NCBI GenBank assembly: GCA_965203295.1
Contig: CBDBCZ010000018.1
Span: forward strand, 512,001-576,000
Direction of reading: 5' to 3'
Source: Nitrospirales bacterium
GTDB taxonomy: Bacteria > Nitrospirota > Nitrospiria > Nitrospirales > UBA8639
Length of the DNA stretch: 64,000 nt
The position numbers and the translations under genes are program-made. This document shows, one piece after another, positions 1 through 28,977 of the stretch. The notes below the pieces were generated by a model. It searched no databases. It had not been told where the DNA came from and was given only the letters and a program-made list of their open reading frames with translations. The first letter of the stretch is position 1; each line of letters starts with the position of its first letter.

Positions 1-15667
<15,667 letters not shown>

Positions 15668-15756
15668 CCTTTTCGGAAAGCAACACAGTTGTAAGAAACT
15701 GTACAGCGACCGTATACAGGAAGAAGTTAAAGGAACACTTCTGCAGCGAGTAATTG

Positions 15757-15867
15757 TTATATAGCCCCGGAATTATCAATACCCGGTAGTGTCCGTGCGC
15801 GTTCCACGGACGTGACGTCACTAATGAGGCTCGATTTTGTGAAGTTTGCGCGAAGACCATGACGTCA
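15757..15867 (-). promoter_or_regulatory. Putative promoter of copy A: TATA box plus two full CRE palindromes
   Basis: TATATAA on minus strand at 15757-15763 (90 bp upstream of ATG); TGACGTCA at 15813-15820 and 15860-15867; CpG-rich. Confidence 0.55.
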
Positions 15868-16569
15868 TCGATATTACTTCGAACGCCGCAAGCATTGGAG
15901 CGTTTTGCCAGCCGACGGTATTATGATGGCATCTAAGGAGCACTATAATTGGAGCGCACTCAATTGCAAAAGTTAGGGTTGACGGACCGCGAAAAATTGT
16001 TAGGCGCGTGAATTAGGGTAGAGTTAGGGCCAGGGTTAGGCTATGTAATTCTTCGCGGGCCATAATTTTTTGGCGGTCCGTCAAATCAATCGAAGTTAGT
16101 GCTAGTCCGGCAAGTGCACAGCTGTAAATGCTAGACAAACTATGACGAAGTACAAAACCAGCTAATGCTTGTATTTCTGCTCTCACCAGCCTTTGTTGCC
16201 TTGCATGCCGTGCTTTGCATTGTCGTGTCAACAAAAATTTTAATATAGCTAATGCTTGCGATGTTTTAATACACTACAGGACTCAGAGGAATGGTGTACT
16301 TTCCACATAGTGCACTTAGCTGATATACTATCTTAACCATATCCCTAACTGTTATATTTAATACATATACATGTACATATCACTTAAAATGGATCATTGT
16401 AGACAGTTTCCAATAGTAAAGCTGCTGCATGTTCATACATCATACAAAATATAGAAAGAATGGGCACTAAAAGCTGTTTACATAAACACATCCAATCACT
16501 ACATGTAGCTACCACAATAAACACCAAATATATAGACAAGTGTATGGAAGCAGCTGTAGTATGAGAGAG

Positions 16570-19500
16570 TTAGTTACACTTGTCATCGAGCTGTCTGTAA
16601 ACCCAGTTAATAATTTTACGAATTAACTCCACTCTAGAGGCATTTATTTCAGTAGCAATCTGCAGAGTTATCTGTGCTGCTGCCCGGAGAGCTGGGTTGC
16701 AGGAATTTTCATCAAGGATGGCATCACGGATGGCTTCGACACTCATGAAGTAACGAGCTATAATGCGATTAGTATACTTCTCTGCAGAGAGTGCGTCAAA
16801 AAGCTCTGACACCTGTTTATCAAGAATACCCTGTAAAGGACACGAGTAAAATGTGCGCAATCATTTTCAAATCTGTTATAATATGAGCATAATATTATTT
16901 CAGTTTAATAAAGTGCTATACATAACGTCTTGTGAAAGAGAGTTCCAAATGTTGGTCATTCTGGGGTTTTGCATGCATCTTAAATAGCTATGTCTTTTCT
17001 AAAGCTAGTAGCACCAGTGTCCACTTCATAGCAATGATAAGTGATGAGTTGTAGCAAAGGGCGCACGGTAGCTAGCATTAGGGAATAGGTGAAGATTGCA
17101 ACCTTGCAATATCATGCAGATACAGGTAATGCCATAATATTCATGTAGCTATACCATACTGCGATAATCCCTTATTTTTCGATAATTGATTAAGTCTACA
17201 TAGTTAACAATGTACTTGGCAAATAGTAGAATTAGGCACTTTCAGGCTATGTATAGAAAAAAAGTGTGACCTCCCGTCTAGAAATGCCATTTTGATCATT
17301 ATACCTGCATTAATTTTGATTAACACCCTAAGGGCATCCTATGATAATTAGGCATGTGCATTCGTGTGGGATGAAAGTGTTTGGCATTTGGTGAAACAAA
17401 TTTATCGCTCCAAAGACAGGCGAAAAATGCCAATGTGGTTGCTGCCCAAAATGCTTTCTTGTCGTAACTGGATGTGGTTCCGTCGCTAAACAATTGAGTG
17501 TGCAGGGACCGGAGAACTGCTGGGGTGATCGGCTCTCGCCTATTACTTCACTGTTTTTCTCATGTGCATGGCTCCACGTAGCAGCAATCGTAGCTCTTTC
17601 TGAAGGCAAGTTGGAAGTGGTAGGGAATGTTGTGTATGATAATTGTAAATGCCTGCCAGTATGGTTCTGTGTGATTTACCATTTCGGACTAGCTGAGCTA
17701 CAAAGTATGTTAGTGTAAGTTGAGATCCTGGGTATGGATCGAAGTCCACTGATTGGCAAAATTTAGTGTACTGTTGCTGAGCTGTGCAGTAGATTCTACA
17801 CGGGGAGGGAGCAATGGCAGCGGCCATGATCTCCATGTCCTTCCTAATGGCACCAATCTAGCTTTGGGGTGATGATAGGATCTTGGTCTGTCGAACTGTA
17901 AACGGGAGAGAGCATCCGCTAAACAATTATTGACGCCAGGAATATGGGCTACTGAGACATGAAAGTTGCCCGAAGCTACTATATAGAATAGGGTATGCAC
18001 CAGGCACATAATATCCGACCGTCTTGAGCCCTTGTTTGTCCACATATAGACTACTGAGAGGTTGTCGCAATGGAACTTGATACGGAGGCCCTTCCATTGG
18101 TCACTCCAGGTGGCTGCAGTCAACACAATGACATAGAGTTCCTTCCATTTTATGCACTTCCCTCTGGCGAGGGGCTTCAGATCATCCCAAGTGAACCAGG
18201 CACCTTTGAAGTATGCTCCATATCCTATCTCTCCTGAGGCATCTGTAAACAACTCAAAGTCGGGTGTCCTCACTCATTCAGATTCCAGCATGCTAGCTCG
18301 ACCATTCCAGGTGGGTAGGAACTTTAGCTACCAGTTGATGTCTGCTCGTGTTTGCTGGTTCAAGGTTATGTGGCGGTGGAGCTGTTTGTGCGTGTGCTCA
18401 AATCTAAGAGACTGTGAAACAATAGTCTCCCTTCGGGGATGACCTTTGCTGCAAACGAAAGTCCGCCAATAAGTGATAGAAGTTCACGCTTTGTACACTT
18501 CTTCTGATCTGGCCATCTCTCAAGTTCCTCCAGGAGGTCTACTAGCTTCTCCGGTGGAAGACTGCGTTTTATGCTGTTGGCGTTGATTGATATGCCAAGG
18601 AATGTTATGGTGGTTGCTGGCCCTCCAGTTTTTCCATGGCAACTGGGACCCTAGGACTTTGCATACTGTGAGCATGGTATTTACTGCTGCATGTGGGTTT
18701 CTGGTGGACTGGCTATGAAGTAATCATCTAGATAGTGTATGATGTGTGCTATGTTGTATTTTTTTCAGGATATATTTGATTGTTGAAGCAAATGTGTTGA
18801 ATATATATAAGGGACCCGTTTGTCAACATAATATTTATTCATTCCCAAACGATGCCAGTCTTCCTTTCTCACTGGGTACATTCTAAAAGCATTTTTTTTA
18901 GATCTACTTTGGCCATTATACTCCTCGGACTAAGCCGCTTTTCCAGTGATACTGCATCATCAACCGAAGAGTATGGCATGGTAAAGTTACCCTTGGGGAT
19001 GAAGTCATTAATTTTATACTTCTGCCCGGCGGGACAGAGAGGTGCATAATCATTCTCCACCCCCTGGTTTTCTTAGCTACTACTCCCAACCCTGAACAGT
19101 GTAGGTCGGGAAGTGGCGGGTCATCATATGGGCCCACAATATAGCCTGTGTTGCATTCTTTAACTAGTTCTGCATCAATCACGAAAGGGTGTTTGTCCAC
19201 TGATCTAAGGCTCCTGGAATTGCTCCTATTGTGTGGACCGATGTAACCTATGTTAACTCCATTCAGTATTGCTTCAAGTAGCCCTTGTAGGAAAGCTTTG
19301 TCTGGAAAACTGTGTAGCTGTGTAACTCCAGTTCAAACTGCAGTTTGATTAGAGTTGTGTTAGGGAAGTGTGCTTCAATTGGATGAGCTTGCTGGCAGAT
19401 GCGGGGTGTTCATCCCCATATCCTGCAGACGTGTCTGTAGATACACTTGTCTTCTGACTGTGAGTAGTTGAAACTACGGCATATTGCTTTACCGTCTGGT

Positions 19501-22500
19501 GTGGTTTGCACATGTCTTTGTGGAGGGGTAAAGGTGGCTCGGCGCTGATCTGGAGAGTATCTGTTGCTATCACTTTGTTGGCCACGAAAGGATTGTATCG
19601 GTTTGTTTTTGCTTTGCGGGCATACACCATCTGCATGACCATACTGCATGCCACGGTTGCAGTAGGGGCGCACCCGATTGGTCATGTGCAGTGTGAACAA
19701 GGGGATGTGGTATTCATCATCCCACCTTCTAAGTGGGTCGTCTGCTAACTGCCTTCGGAAGTCCTGGCCATATGAGATCCGGGCTTCTGGCTCATAGCGT
19801 TCGCTGACCAGTGCTAGGAAGGTTTGGCATTTGATATAATTATATTCAATTGCTCTAGATGGTTGGGCAGCTGTCATTAGTGACCACCCGTTTCATTTTT
19901 TTGGGGGTTGAAATGGACAGGCTGAGATCCTCGCCTACTGCCTCTTCAACACTCAGTCGGAGTGTCGTCCCATGCACCCTTCAATCGTACAACAGATCAT
20001 TAAAATCAATGTGAAAATCTTCTTGGCTGTGGTCTGAGGGAGGGGGGTACCACAGTTGGCAAATAGTTCAGCTCGGGGTAGTGTTACCGCCGGTGATGTC
20101 TGTGGCGCTTTGACGAGGGGAGCCATGGGCGCTGGTGCTTCCTCTTCCTCCGTTTATCGAGACTCTCCTTGTTCGTATCCGTGTCTTATGACGTGGTCTC
20201 CACCTCCTCCATTGTCATTGCTATCAGATGTGCGGCGCAAGGTATCGTCTGCTACTGCCTTTCTAATAAGCTCCTTCACCTCTCCACTGAGGGGTTAGCA
20301 TCTTGAGGCTGTCTCTGTCCGGCGCTGATGTTTCTGAGGGTGTCTCATCATGTGAGCTAGGTGGTGATGGGTCACGGTGTTGTTGCTGCTGTGTGACGTG
20401 GTTCGGTTTGTTGGGTGCCACTCATTGTTAGTCGGGCTTCCGCTAGACGTTGACGGAGGGCTCCCGTATTTAAATTTCACGCCCCCTCCCATGCCTACAC
20501 GGGAGTTGTTGCCTGCTGCCCACGGGCCAGACAGCTACCTGGCCCTGCTTTGGCCTGCTTTTTGTCCCGTGGGGTCAAATCGGGGTTTGGTCTGAATTGT
20601 GCTCTGGTTGTTGCGCTGGTTGTTACTCTACTGCCCGGTTTCCAACCATGGCCCCGGTTATGGCCTCGACCCCACTCATGTGCGGGTGTGTAGCACGTAT
20701 GCAAGCTTAGTAGCTTGCACTGAAACTCTTGGGAGCTGATGGCAGCAAAGGTATCCCTCCTCCACAGCCTGTTGGTTGCTACTAACATGCCGCCTGAGCT
20801 AGTGATCGTAGTGAGCCATCGACTGCGGCCGACAGGTTCACTGTTTCACTAGAGGCTTGACTGGGCAATGTTTAATATTTAAAACTCCCTATATCTCTGT
20901 AGTAAGGTTTTACAAAACAGACAGCAATGGAGCCCAGCTAACAAAACATGTGGTTGACTGTACAACTACGCATGCGTGATGATGTCATCAGTGATCCCAA
21001 ATTGGCGGGATACTTAGTCTGCCCTGGTGTATTTACATGCTTTCATTCTGTAAATATCCATTTATGAATTGTGATTTCTCTGAACTACCATTATAAGGGT
21101 GTGATATAATGATTAAATGTATGTATACCTTCCAGGAGTGCTATAGGAACAAATCCAAAGGAGTGTGAAAGAGTTTAATAGCCAGGAAAACCAGCCAACT
21201 CAAGATATTCACAGCTTTCAGGACAAGATTTGATAACTTTCTGTAGTTTTCTGTAGTTTTGTAGTAGTTGAAGGTCTTCTAAACTTTATAGGAATTCACT
21301 ATCAAAAAGTGTGGACACGACACTGCCAGAATTCTGGGAGGCTGGGTATCTTAAAGCCCATAATAATATTATCAGACCAAAATTATATTTATTTCTGGAT
21401 ACATGTACACTTACGAGGACTCTCTCCCTTCTTGCTGTCCAGTTGACACTTGCTGGCCAGTTGGCCCCTTCACCAATTCTACGGCAACCTGTGCACCACA
21501 AAAATACCACATTCCTAGCACAACTTAAACTGCATAGTGACATAAATGGTAGCATATTTAAAAGGCAACAGTGAGTTGAAACCATCTTTTATATAAGCCT
21601 TATACACAAACAACTATAATAATTATGTGCTAAGTTGTGCTCTGTATCCAAATTATTAAATGCCAAAAATTAATAATAATACAGTTCAAGGTAATACTTT
21701 GATGTCAACAAGTTGGCATAAAAAAACAAATATTCATAACCTGTTTAAAGTACAGGACAACAGCTTAATTATTCTTACAATGATGATTGGGTAGATGGTT
21801 TAAACTGCTATGGATAGCCCACCTCAAACACAAGTTGGTTCTTGCTAACTATTTCAGTAGCCAGCAATCATCACATACCCTGGTTTGAACATGGGATATG
21901 TCCACTGACACTGTGCCCTCAGAAGACACATTTTTCATGAAGCAGAAGCTGTTCTTCATGGAAATGATAATTATGCAACAGTAAGTGTGAGCCTTCAGTA
22001 CAGTGAAGCTTTTTTCTTTGAATTTGTAGTAAGAGTCGAAGATCTGGTCAAGTCTATCATAGTATTTATTGTATTATGTTATATAGTCATAGATAATTGC
22101 TTACCAGGGAAATCAAGCTCTAGAGGGTCAAAACAAATAATAAATATTACAAATCCTCCTCCACGAGTACTCTCTCCCGTACGGAATGTAACATTGAAGG
22201 CACCTGGCAGGTAAAAAAAATTAACTGCAATGCCATGCTTATGCAAAGTGTGAGTGATATCTGATGTGACTATACAACAACCCAGCTCATCACTTTTGAA
22301 CACATAGACTATAATTATGCTATACAGGTGATTATTATACAAGGCAAAAATGGCAGTGAAAGAATTGGAGGGAACAACAGACTTCTAGATTAAATTACTA
22401 TTACTCTCTCTATTGGTTGAGAAGTTAAATTTTAACATGTGGAGAACGCTTGTAATCTCTTGACAATCGAACCACAAATTTACCATAGATTGAAAGTTTT

Positions 22501-25500
22501 TCACTTTTTAAAAACAATTATTTGTGACATTTTTGAGTAGCTTCTTTTGCAGACTGTCGATGCTCACGTTAGAAAAGCGTTAACCTTTTTCATCGTAGGG
22601 TGAAATAGATGCGAGGTTGACTCAGACCTACTCAAACAACTAGCTAGCTAAGGCCGAGACTAACTAATTTGGGAACACCAGAAGCATTGAGTTAAAACAA
22701 TGATGCATAAACAGCCGAGAGCAAGAGGATTACAGCGACAACTGACTACAGCAAAAGTGACATCGCTTATATAGAAAATACAAATATCTAGAAGATTCTT
22801 CAAGAGTACATGGTTACAACAAAAGAGATCAGGAGACCACCTAAGGAGACGCAAAACCTAACGTTCCTATAGCACAAAGAAGATCACAGCCACCAACTAT
22901 AAACATTGAAAAACCAAAGCATAAAATCATAAACATTGCCTAAAAAGGAATACCTTGCACAACCAAGTAACATAGTATACAAGTTATTACATAGGGTACC
23001 AGTGCAAACTTTTTAACCGCGACAATGTGTTGATCGATGGTATATTCGTTTTGTGTATGCTGGTGATCAGAATAAGGGTGATTGCTACTATTATCCGTAG
23101 ACATACTTGTTCAAGTACGGCAAAGCAGTAATCCTTCACAGTTAACCGTAGCAATCCTAAAAATGACTTAATTATAGCTGCCACTGCTTTTGTTTTATTA
23201 TGTAAGAAAGTTTATAGTTTATTTTGCGCCAAGGAAACGTCCTGCCCAGTGCAAGTTGGTTTCTGTGCTGACTCAGCTACATGTAAGCCTAACCACAGTG
23301 CAACAGTAGTGCAATATCTGCCTCACTTCAGTGAGCGTGCTTGTAGCTGGTTTATTTGCTTCAGTAAAATTATATAGCAGCAAAGGCATAAAAATTCTCC
23401 ATGAAATGTATCAAGAGGTGAAGTGATAAAGTGAAGAATATTAATGCTACAATACATACTTATTCCCTGTTTTCCTCTAACCTTCCCCCAACTGGAGCAA
23501 GTTATCCCCTGGCTCTTTACCACAACTCTCTGTTGTGCCAAAGCCAGGGTGTTCCACTTCAATGTAATCTGTGCACCTGAAAATGGAGTATAAGTGCATG
23601 AATGTTCACTTAATTCTTTCCCTTCCAATGACACATTGTACCTATCACAAAGTGTTCAATCTCGTTTTTTGTGTTGTCTCATTGTGGTGGCTATTGGGGC
23701 AATGTGGGCCTGCCCTTTCTTATGATTTTTTATCCTGACTGTTTGCTATAACAGAGTGAACCTCATAATAGCTAAGCCTCAGCAGGAATGTGTAAACATA
23801 CCATAGTAAAACAAGTTATGCACCAGGTAGAAATATTCTGATAGTTGTATGGTACCAGTAAATTTATATTAAAATCATAGAACTTACCGCACTCCCAAGT
23901 GTAAAGACTTTGGGTGAACAGAGATGCGAGTGAGCATTGATACGGGTGAGCGGAGAAACATGTGTATATTACTACATTCTTAAGGGAATGCAAACCACGT
24001 ACATAATACAATAAATACACTTGTGCTACCCAAATTTTTTCTCTAGGTCCTGCATGGCTATGTAACTGCAACTACGTACTACTTATATATAGCCATTACC
24101 ATTTTATGCTAGCCATGTTCCCAAATTTCCCTACACAGTTCTTGTGCATGCACGGGGAAGGCCTGAGAATGTATATTCTCCAGTGCATGAGACATAGGTG
24201 CTATGGATGCAGGATGGCTGATTTTCCTGCTATACCATTTGTATAAAGCCATCTCAGCAATTGAAGGCACCTATATTTCGATGGGTACACTAAGACAGAG
24301 AAGTAATCTGTATGCGGCAAGAGAGTGAGATTCTTTTTTAAGTGTAGAGGGCAGTACATTGGTGGTGGCAAACTCTTAAACAGAAGGAATACATTGGATA
24401 TAAAGAGGAGTGATATTCACTGCTATCTTTTTAAAAAAGTGCAAAAACAAGTTATGTAGGGATGCACTTCCACCAAAAACACTTCTCCAAAAACCAATGA
24501 AACAAGCAACAGTGCACACCACAATGCATGCACAGACTACCCACACATCACAGTGCAATGATATGCATTTACCGCGTAGCCACCATCCCTACATCTTTCC
24601 AACCACACCCACCACAACCATGTATACGTATATGTGAGATGTGAGGAGTGGTAGTGTAATTTGGTGTGTGTGTATTGCTAATGACTGAGCATGTGGTGGT
24701 TGTGGAAGGTAGCTGAAACTGTAGAATGTGGACTAGTGAGTCATTGAGGGTGGAGTCATAAATATGGTGTTTGTATAGGGACTTGGGAGTGTTTGGTTAT
24801 GCCGGGTGGCCATGGAGTGTTATGAAGTTTTGTGAGCGTGTTGTGAGATGCTTGTGTATGCAGGTTCTTTGTAGGGGAGGACAGTATGGGTGTGTTTGGT
24901 AAAGTGTAGAAACTTTGTTGAGTGCGTTGTAAGGTAGTTGATGTGGGTTGTGTTTGTTGTGTGTGTAGGTGGCAGTGTGGTGTTGTGAGGAATTGCTCTG
25001 CTCAATTGTGCTTGTGAATGGTGAATGGTGGAGCGAAGTGCATTTTGATGTGAGTAGTGTTCCTGTGAAGGTTTGAGTTGGTTGTAGTGTAGGGTGATAT
25101 GTTTTGTAAGGTATGTGATGATTGTGGATAAGGAAGTAAGGGTGGTTGTACGTTGGATGGAGACGAGGTGTCATGGTTGATGATGGTTATGGATGGTTAT
25201 GTGTGTTATAGGAAGTATTCGGTGTGCTGTTGAGTATGGGGGTATGGTACAGATTGTGGTGGGTGTGGTTGGAAAGATGTAGGGATGGTGGCTACGCGGT
25301 AAATGCATATCATTGCACTGTGATGTGTGGGTAGTCTGTGCATGCATTGTGGTGTGCACTGTTGCTTGTTTCATTGGTTTTTGGAGAAGTGTTTTTGGTG
25401 GAAGTGCATCCCTACATAACTTGTTTTTGCACTTTTTGGCAAAGTGCTTTTTCTGTAACTTGTTTTGGGGTGTTTTTTGGGAGGTGGTAACAAATGTGTT

Positions 25501-28500
25501 GGTGTAAATGTGTAGGTGTAGGGATAGTGTTGGGATATAATGTGTTTGAGGATGATGCATGTAGTATATAGGTTTCGATTTGTACCCCAGTCAGCACCAA
25601 GAAGGCCTTCGTTTGCATGTGCATGGGGGGAAAGGTCTCTTTGTCAGGGTCAGCTATGTAACTGGCATGTGAGGTTGCCCTTTCTTGTCAAGGTCGGCAC
25701 TACAGCTAGCATGGGAAGCTGCCCCATGGAGTAGCTAGTACCATAGTCTATGATATGAATTATCTCTGAGGACAAAAATATGTATTGCATTTTCTAGTGT
25801 CACAAAGACGAATAACTGACTGCCCCCTCCAATATATTGGAGGGGGCAGTAAGCGAGGGGGCCTCCGGATGGTAGGGGTTGTCCGGATGCGATAAACCTC
25901 CTTTCCAAGGCTTTCTGCCTGTGCTAGTATTCATAGCAAGTGAACAAAGTAGCTCATGATGCATAACAAAGGCAAACAGAAAGGCCCAGAGAACAAGGCA
26001 AATTTGTTGCGTGTCTGTCCCGGGACAACTTGCAACTCATAAACAGTACCCCTGGCCAGAAGCCATTTAGACTAGAGCCAACTAACATAATAATCAGCCT
26101 TGTGAGTAAGTGTATTATAGCTAAAATTTCGTGTGACTTACGCCCAGAAGATGCATCTCAGGCCCGGACAGCTGGCACGATCAAAGGTGGGCGTTAAATA
26201 GACGAACGCGTGAAGTCTGCGCATAATTAAATGGGGCGGTAACTAAAAACCCGGAACGGAACGGAACAGTAGTTATTAAATGGCGTAGAATGGCAAGCGT
26301 CTACTCAGGAGTACTCGTAAATCACTGCTGAACCCATTCGATTTTTTTGAATAAGCTATGCTACGAGTGCAATACCCCGGGGAATATTTAGCTTGTTCGC
26401 GCTTGAATCATTGTGATCGCTTCAGCCATTATCGTGCTAGCCTGGCTGAAGAAAGAAGAAACAAGAAAGAAGATGTACCATTAAGCCCCGCCCCCCCAGA
26501 GTAGCGACTTGCCGGATTGGTACTCCAGCGAAGTTTTCTAGCAACGCCAACAGTCCTGTTGCTGATGAAAACACTCGAGATGCCATAATATGGCTCATAA
26601 AAGCCTATGACTATAATCAAAGCCGAGTTCTGAACGTATGATTTTGTACGCGTTATATGGGGCCGCCATTTTTTTCCGTGCCATCCCTACATATGGAGTA
26701 CTACCGTACTCCATGATATTTCACATTGCATCATGGGATCAAGAATGATGGTGGCCTTCTCGTGAGACGGATGCCAGTGCAACAGGACGGGTTGACAGAC
26801 TATGACCTATTCAATTGCATACCATGCCTCTCATGGAAACAGCGTAGCTGTACTAAAGCTAGACCAACAGCAGCTGAGACAACAAATATCTGTTTTGCAT
26901 AGCAGGAGCCATCTCCCCACAAACCACAAGCAAGAAAAAAAAGTATGCAAAGCTTTTATCTATAGTTGGTAGACTAACACGTATTACTCTGTAGTGGTGA
27001 GCAATACTATGACACTATTACTGAAGGCTATAGTAACAGCAACACCCAAGCTAGCCACAAGGGGCACCGTTGAAACGACACTGAGAGCCCTGGCCCTATT
27101 TAATCCACATCCGGTCAGGGCTAGGCTTGTCTAGTAGTTAGTTTTCATGTAATTACACTTACAGGGCAACATACCATTGAATTTACGTTTGGGACTATCC
27201 ATTGGCCAAGAGCTAAGCAGGAGTAGCCGTGCAACTAGTTCCATTCGCTTGCCAATTACCACGCACATGCGCTATAATTATACGCGTAGTCTTACTCGCA
27301 TAATTTTCATTGCGAGAGATAGCGTCAAAATGGCTGCGAGAGTTAACGTCAAAATGGCTGCCACTCGAAAGGCTATAGAAGAATTCTCACTGGTATCTCC
27401 GCAAAGAAGGTTGGTTCATCTGTAGAGGCCACGAGTGTCGCTGTGAATTATTTATTTATTTATTTATTTCCCCAAAAATCTGTACACTTGGGAGTGTAGC
27501 TATCATGAGTGCAAATACCTTTTCTTTTACAGGCAGAGAGTTATATAACCACATTTGTGGTGAGCATAAGTTAGTGTAGTAGGTTTCTGCGCATATTTGT
27601 CCATGTATCAAGACTACTTTGAGCTTGGCTCCACCCACTGTTGATGCAGCCAATGCAATCTGTAACTGAATCACTCTCAAATGGTTGGTTTCTTGTCAAA
27701 GTGTTCCAAAATTTTAGAGTATAGTACATGATTGTACAGTAGGCACATACATTGCAAGTGTTAAGTAAGTAATAGTTAATTATTTTTTAAAGGGCAGTTT
27801 GAGAGAGTATATATTGCTATACCGATCATCCTTGCATGTGACGTATTTTGAGAGCTATTAGTGAAAAAGTGGTTGCCATGGTACTGTGTATTAATGTATG
27901 CATACCTCTCGAAGCAGTCAGGTTCCTGTAAGTCGAGGTAAACGAGGTTGTAGAAGGCAAGTTTCCCTGCAGGACACTCGACATTGTACTTGACGAGCAT
28001 GGAATTCTCATAGCTGAGGAAGAGAACACAGGAGATTAACTAATAACTAATACACAAACTAGTGAAGTCACAAACAATGCTAGCATACACATGCACAGTG
28101 ACATACAAATGCTTACATTGTTTAGTTTGGAAACGGTGTTCAGTTTAACAGTTTTATCTCACAAATGTTTCAAGGCACTTGCACTATGTATTCTGCAGTG
28201 TCAATCATTAGCAAAAGCAAATCAAAAGGCAATGTAGTGTTGACACACAATGCCTCCCAAACGTTCACAAGTAACAACAATAATAGCTACATCTACTGCA
28301 GATCATGGTTGGTTCTTGTAGAAATGCGCACGCCTAGTGCAGACCAAACCCAACTAATCAATGGAAAACACATGTTTCAAACGCTTCCTACTTGAGAAAA
28401 TTACAGTATGGTGAGAATATCTACTTCCACCTACAAAATAGAATATTTAAATCAATATCTATTTAACAGTAATGACATGCATGCCTCTATTCTCCATAAG

Positions 28501-28977
28501 AGGGAATAGGTAAGAAAAAGAAGACTTTAACATGGCAGAGAAATCAGAAAAAAGATATCTTAAAGATAAGAACTTCCCTGATGACCAGCAGCATTGGAAA
28601 CTGTGACTGTGTAAATCATTGCAACTAAATTATAAGGAATAGATCATCCTACCACATGGTACAGCTAACAAAACAAATCACACCATACACTCAACTATTT
28701 TTAGTAACTCTTTAAGTAATGGACGCATACCCTGTCGTAACCCTTCTTTTATCATTTCCTCCTACCAATATCCCCCTTCCCCCCACCCACACATACACAA
28801 ACTCACGGTTCTTCCTGAAGAAAACCAGGAGAAAATAGCACACGAAGATTCGGATTTCCCAGATCAATGATTGGCTCCACTATTTGTGCTGACGGAAACC
28901 AATTCGGATTTCTGTAGGTGCACTGTAGCTCTCCAGATGGTCCTCGACCAATTAAAGTCCTGTATATTCCTTGTTCA
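16570..28977 (-). CDS. CUB-domain protein paralog, unit B2 (6 exons, no own signal-peptide exons; probably 3' half of a fused B1+B2 gene)
   Basis: Exons 28977-28807, 28013-27906, 23576-23482, 22203-22105, 21488-21415 (..ARRERVL), 16830-16570 (GILDKQVSELFDALS..LDDKCN*). All open, GT-AG, phase-compatible. No exon 1/2 homologs seen between 29000 and 31140. Confidence 0.75.
17325..21060 (-). mobile_element. Degenerate DIRS-order (Ngaro-like) tyrosine-recombinase retrotransposon, 3'-truncated; boundaries approximate
   Basis: Minus-strand fragments in order: gag-like with Cys/His finger (ICRSFN..CIYRHVC, 19410-19877), RT (WRMIMHLS.P.G.SI, NDFI, AKVDLK, HYLDDY at ~18720), RNase H (FTDASG..GYG..KEL..HCDNLSVV..NCLADALSR, ~17880-18273), and recombinase N-terminus (17330-17836). 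Absent from the paralogous intron near 32340. Confidence 0.85.
24431..26718 (+). mobile_element. Non-autonomous Helentron/DINE-1-like element (orientation by hairpin-at-3' convention)
   Basis: Subterminal IR ATGTAGGGATG at 24454, nearby inverted copy CCATCCCTACAT at 24583, terminal copy at 26681 followed by a perfect 9-bp stem-loop ATGGAGTAC-TACC-GTACTCCAT (26693-26714). T-rich flanks, no TSD seen. Confidence 0.7.

Noticed and set aside
21130..21340. Block conserved in three paralogs (also 32460-32665, 63285-63865) as a coding exon
   Set aside because: Indels and stops differ among copies and no donor is conserved. It could still be an alternative terminal exon or UTR (B2 ..FDSEFL*, B1 ..FDRKPL*), but it is unsupported.
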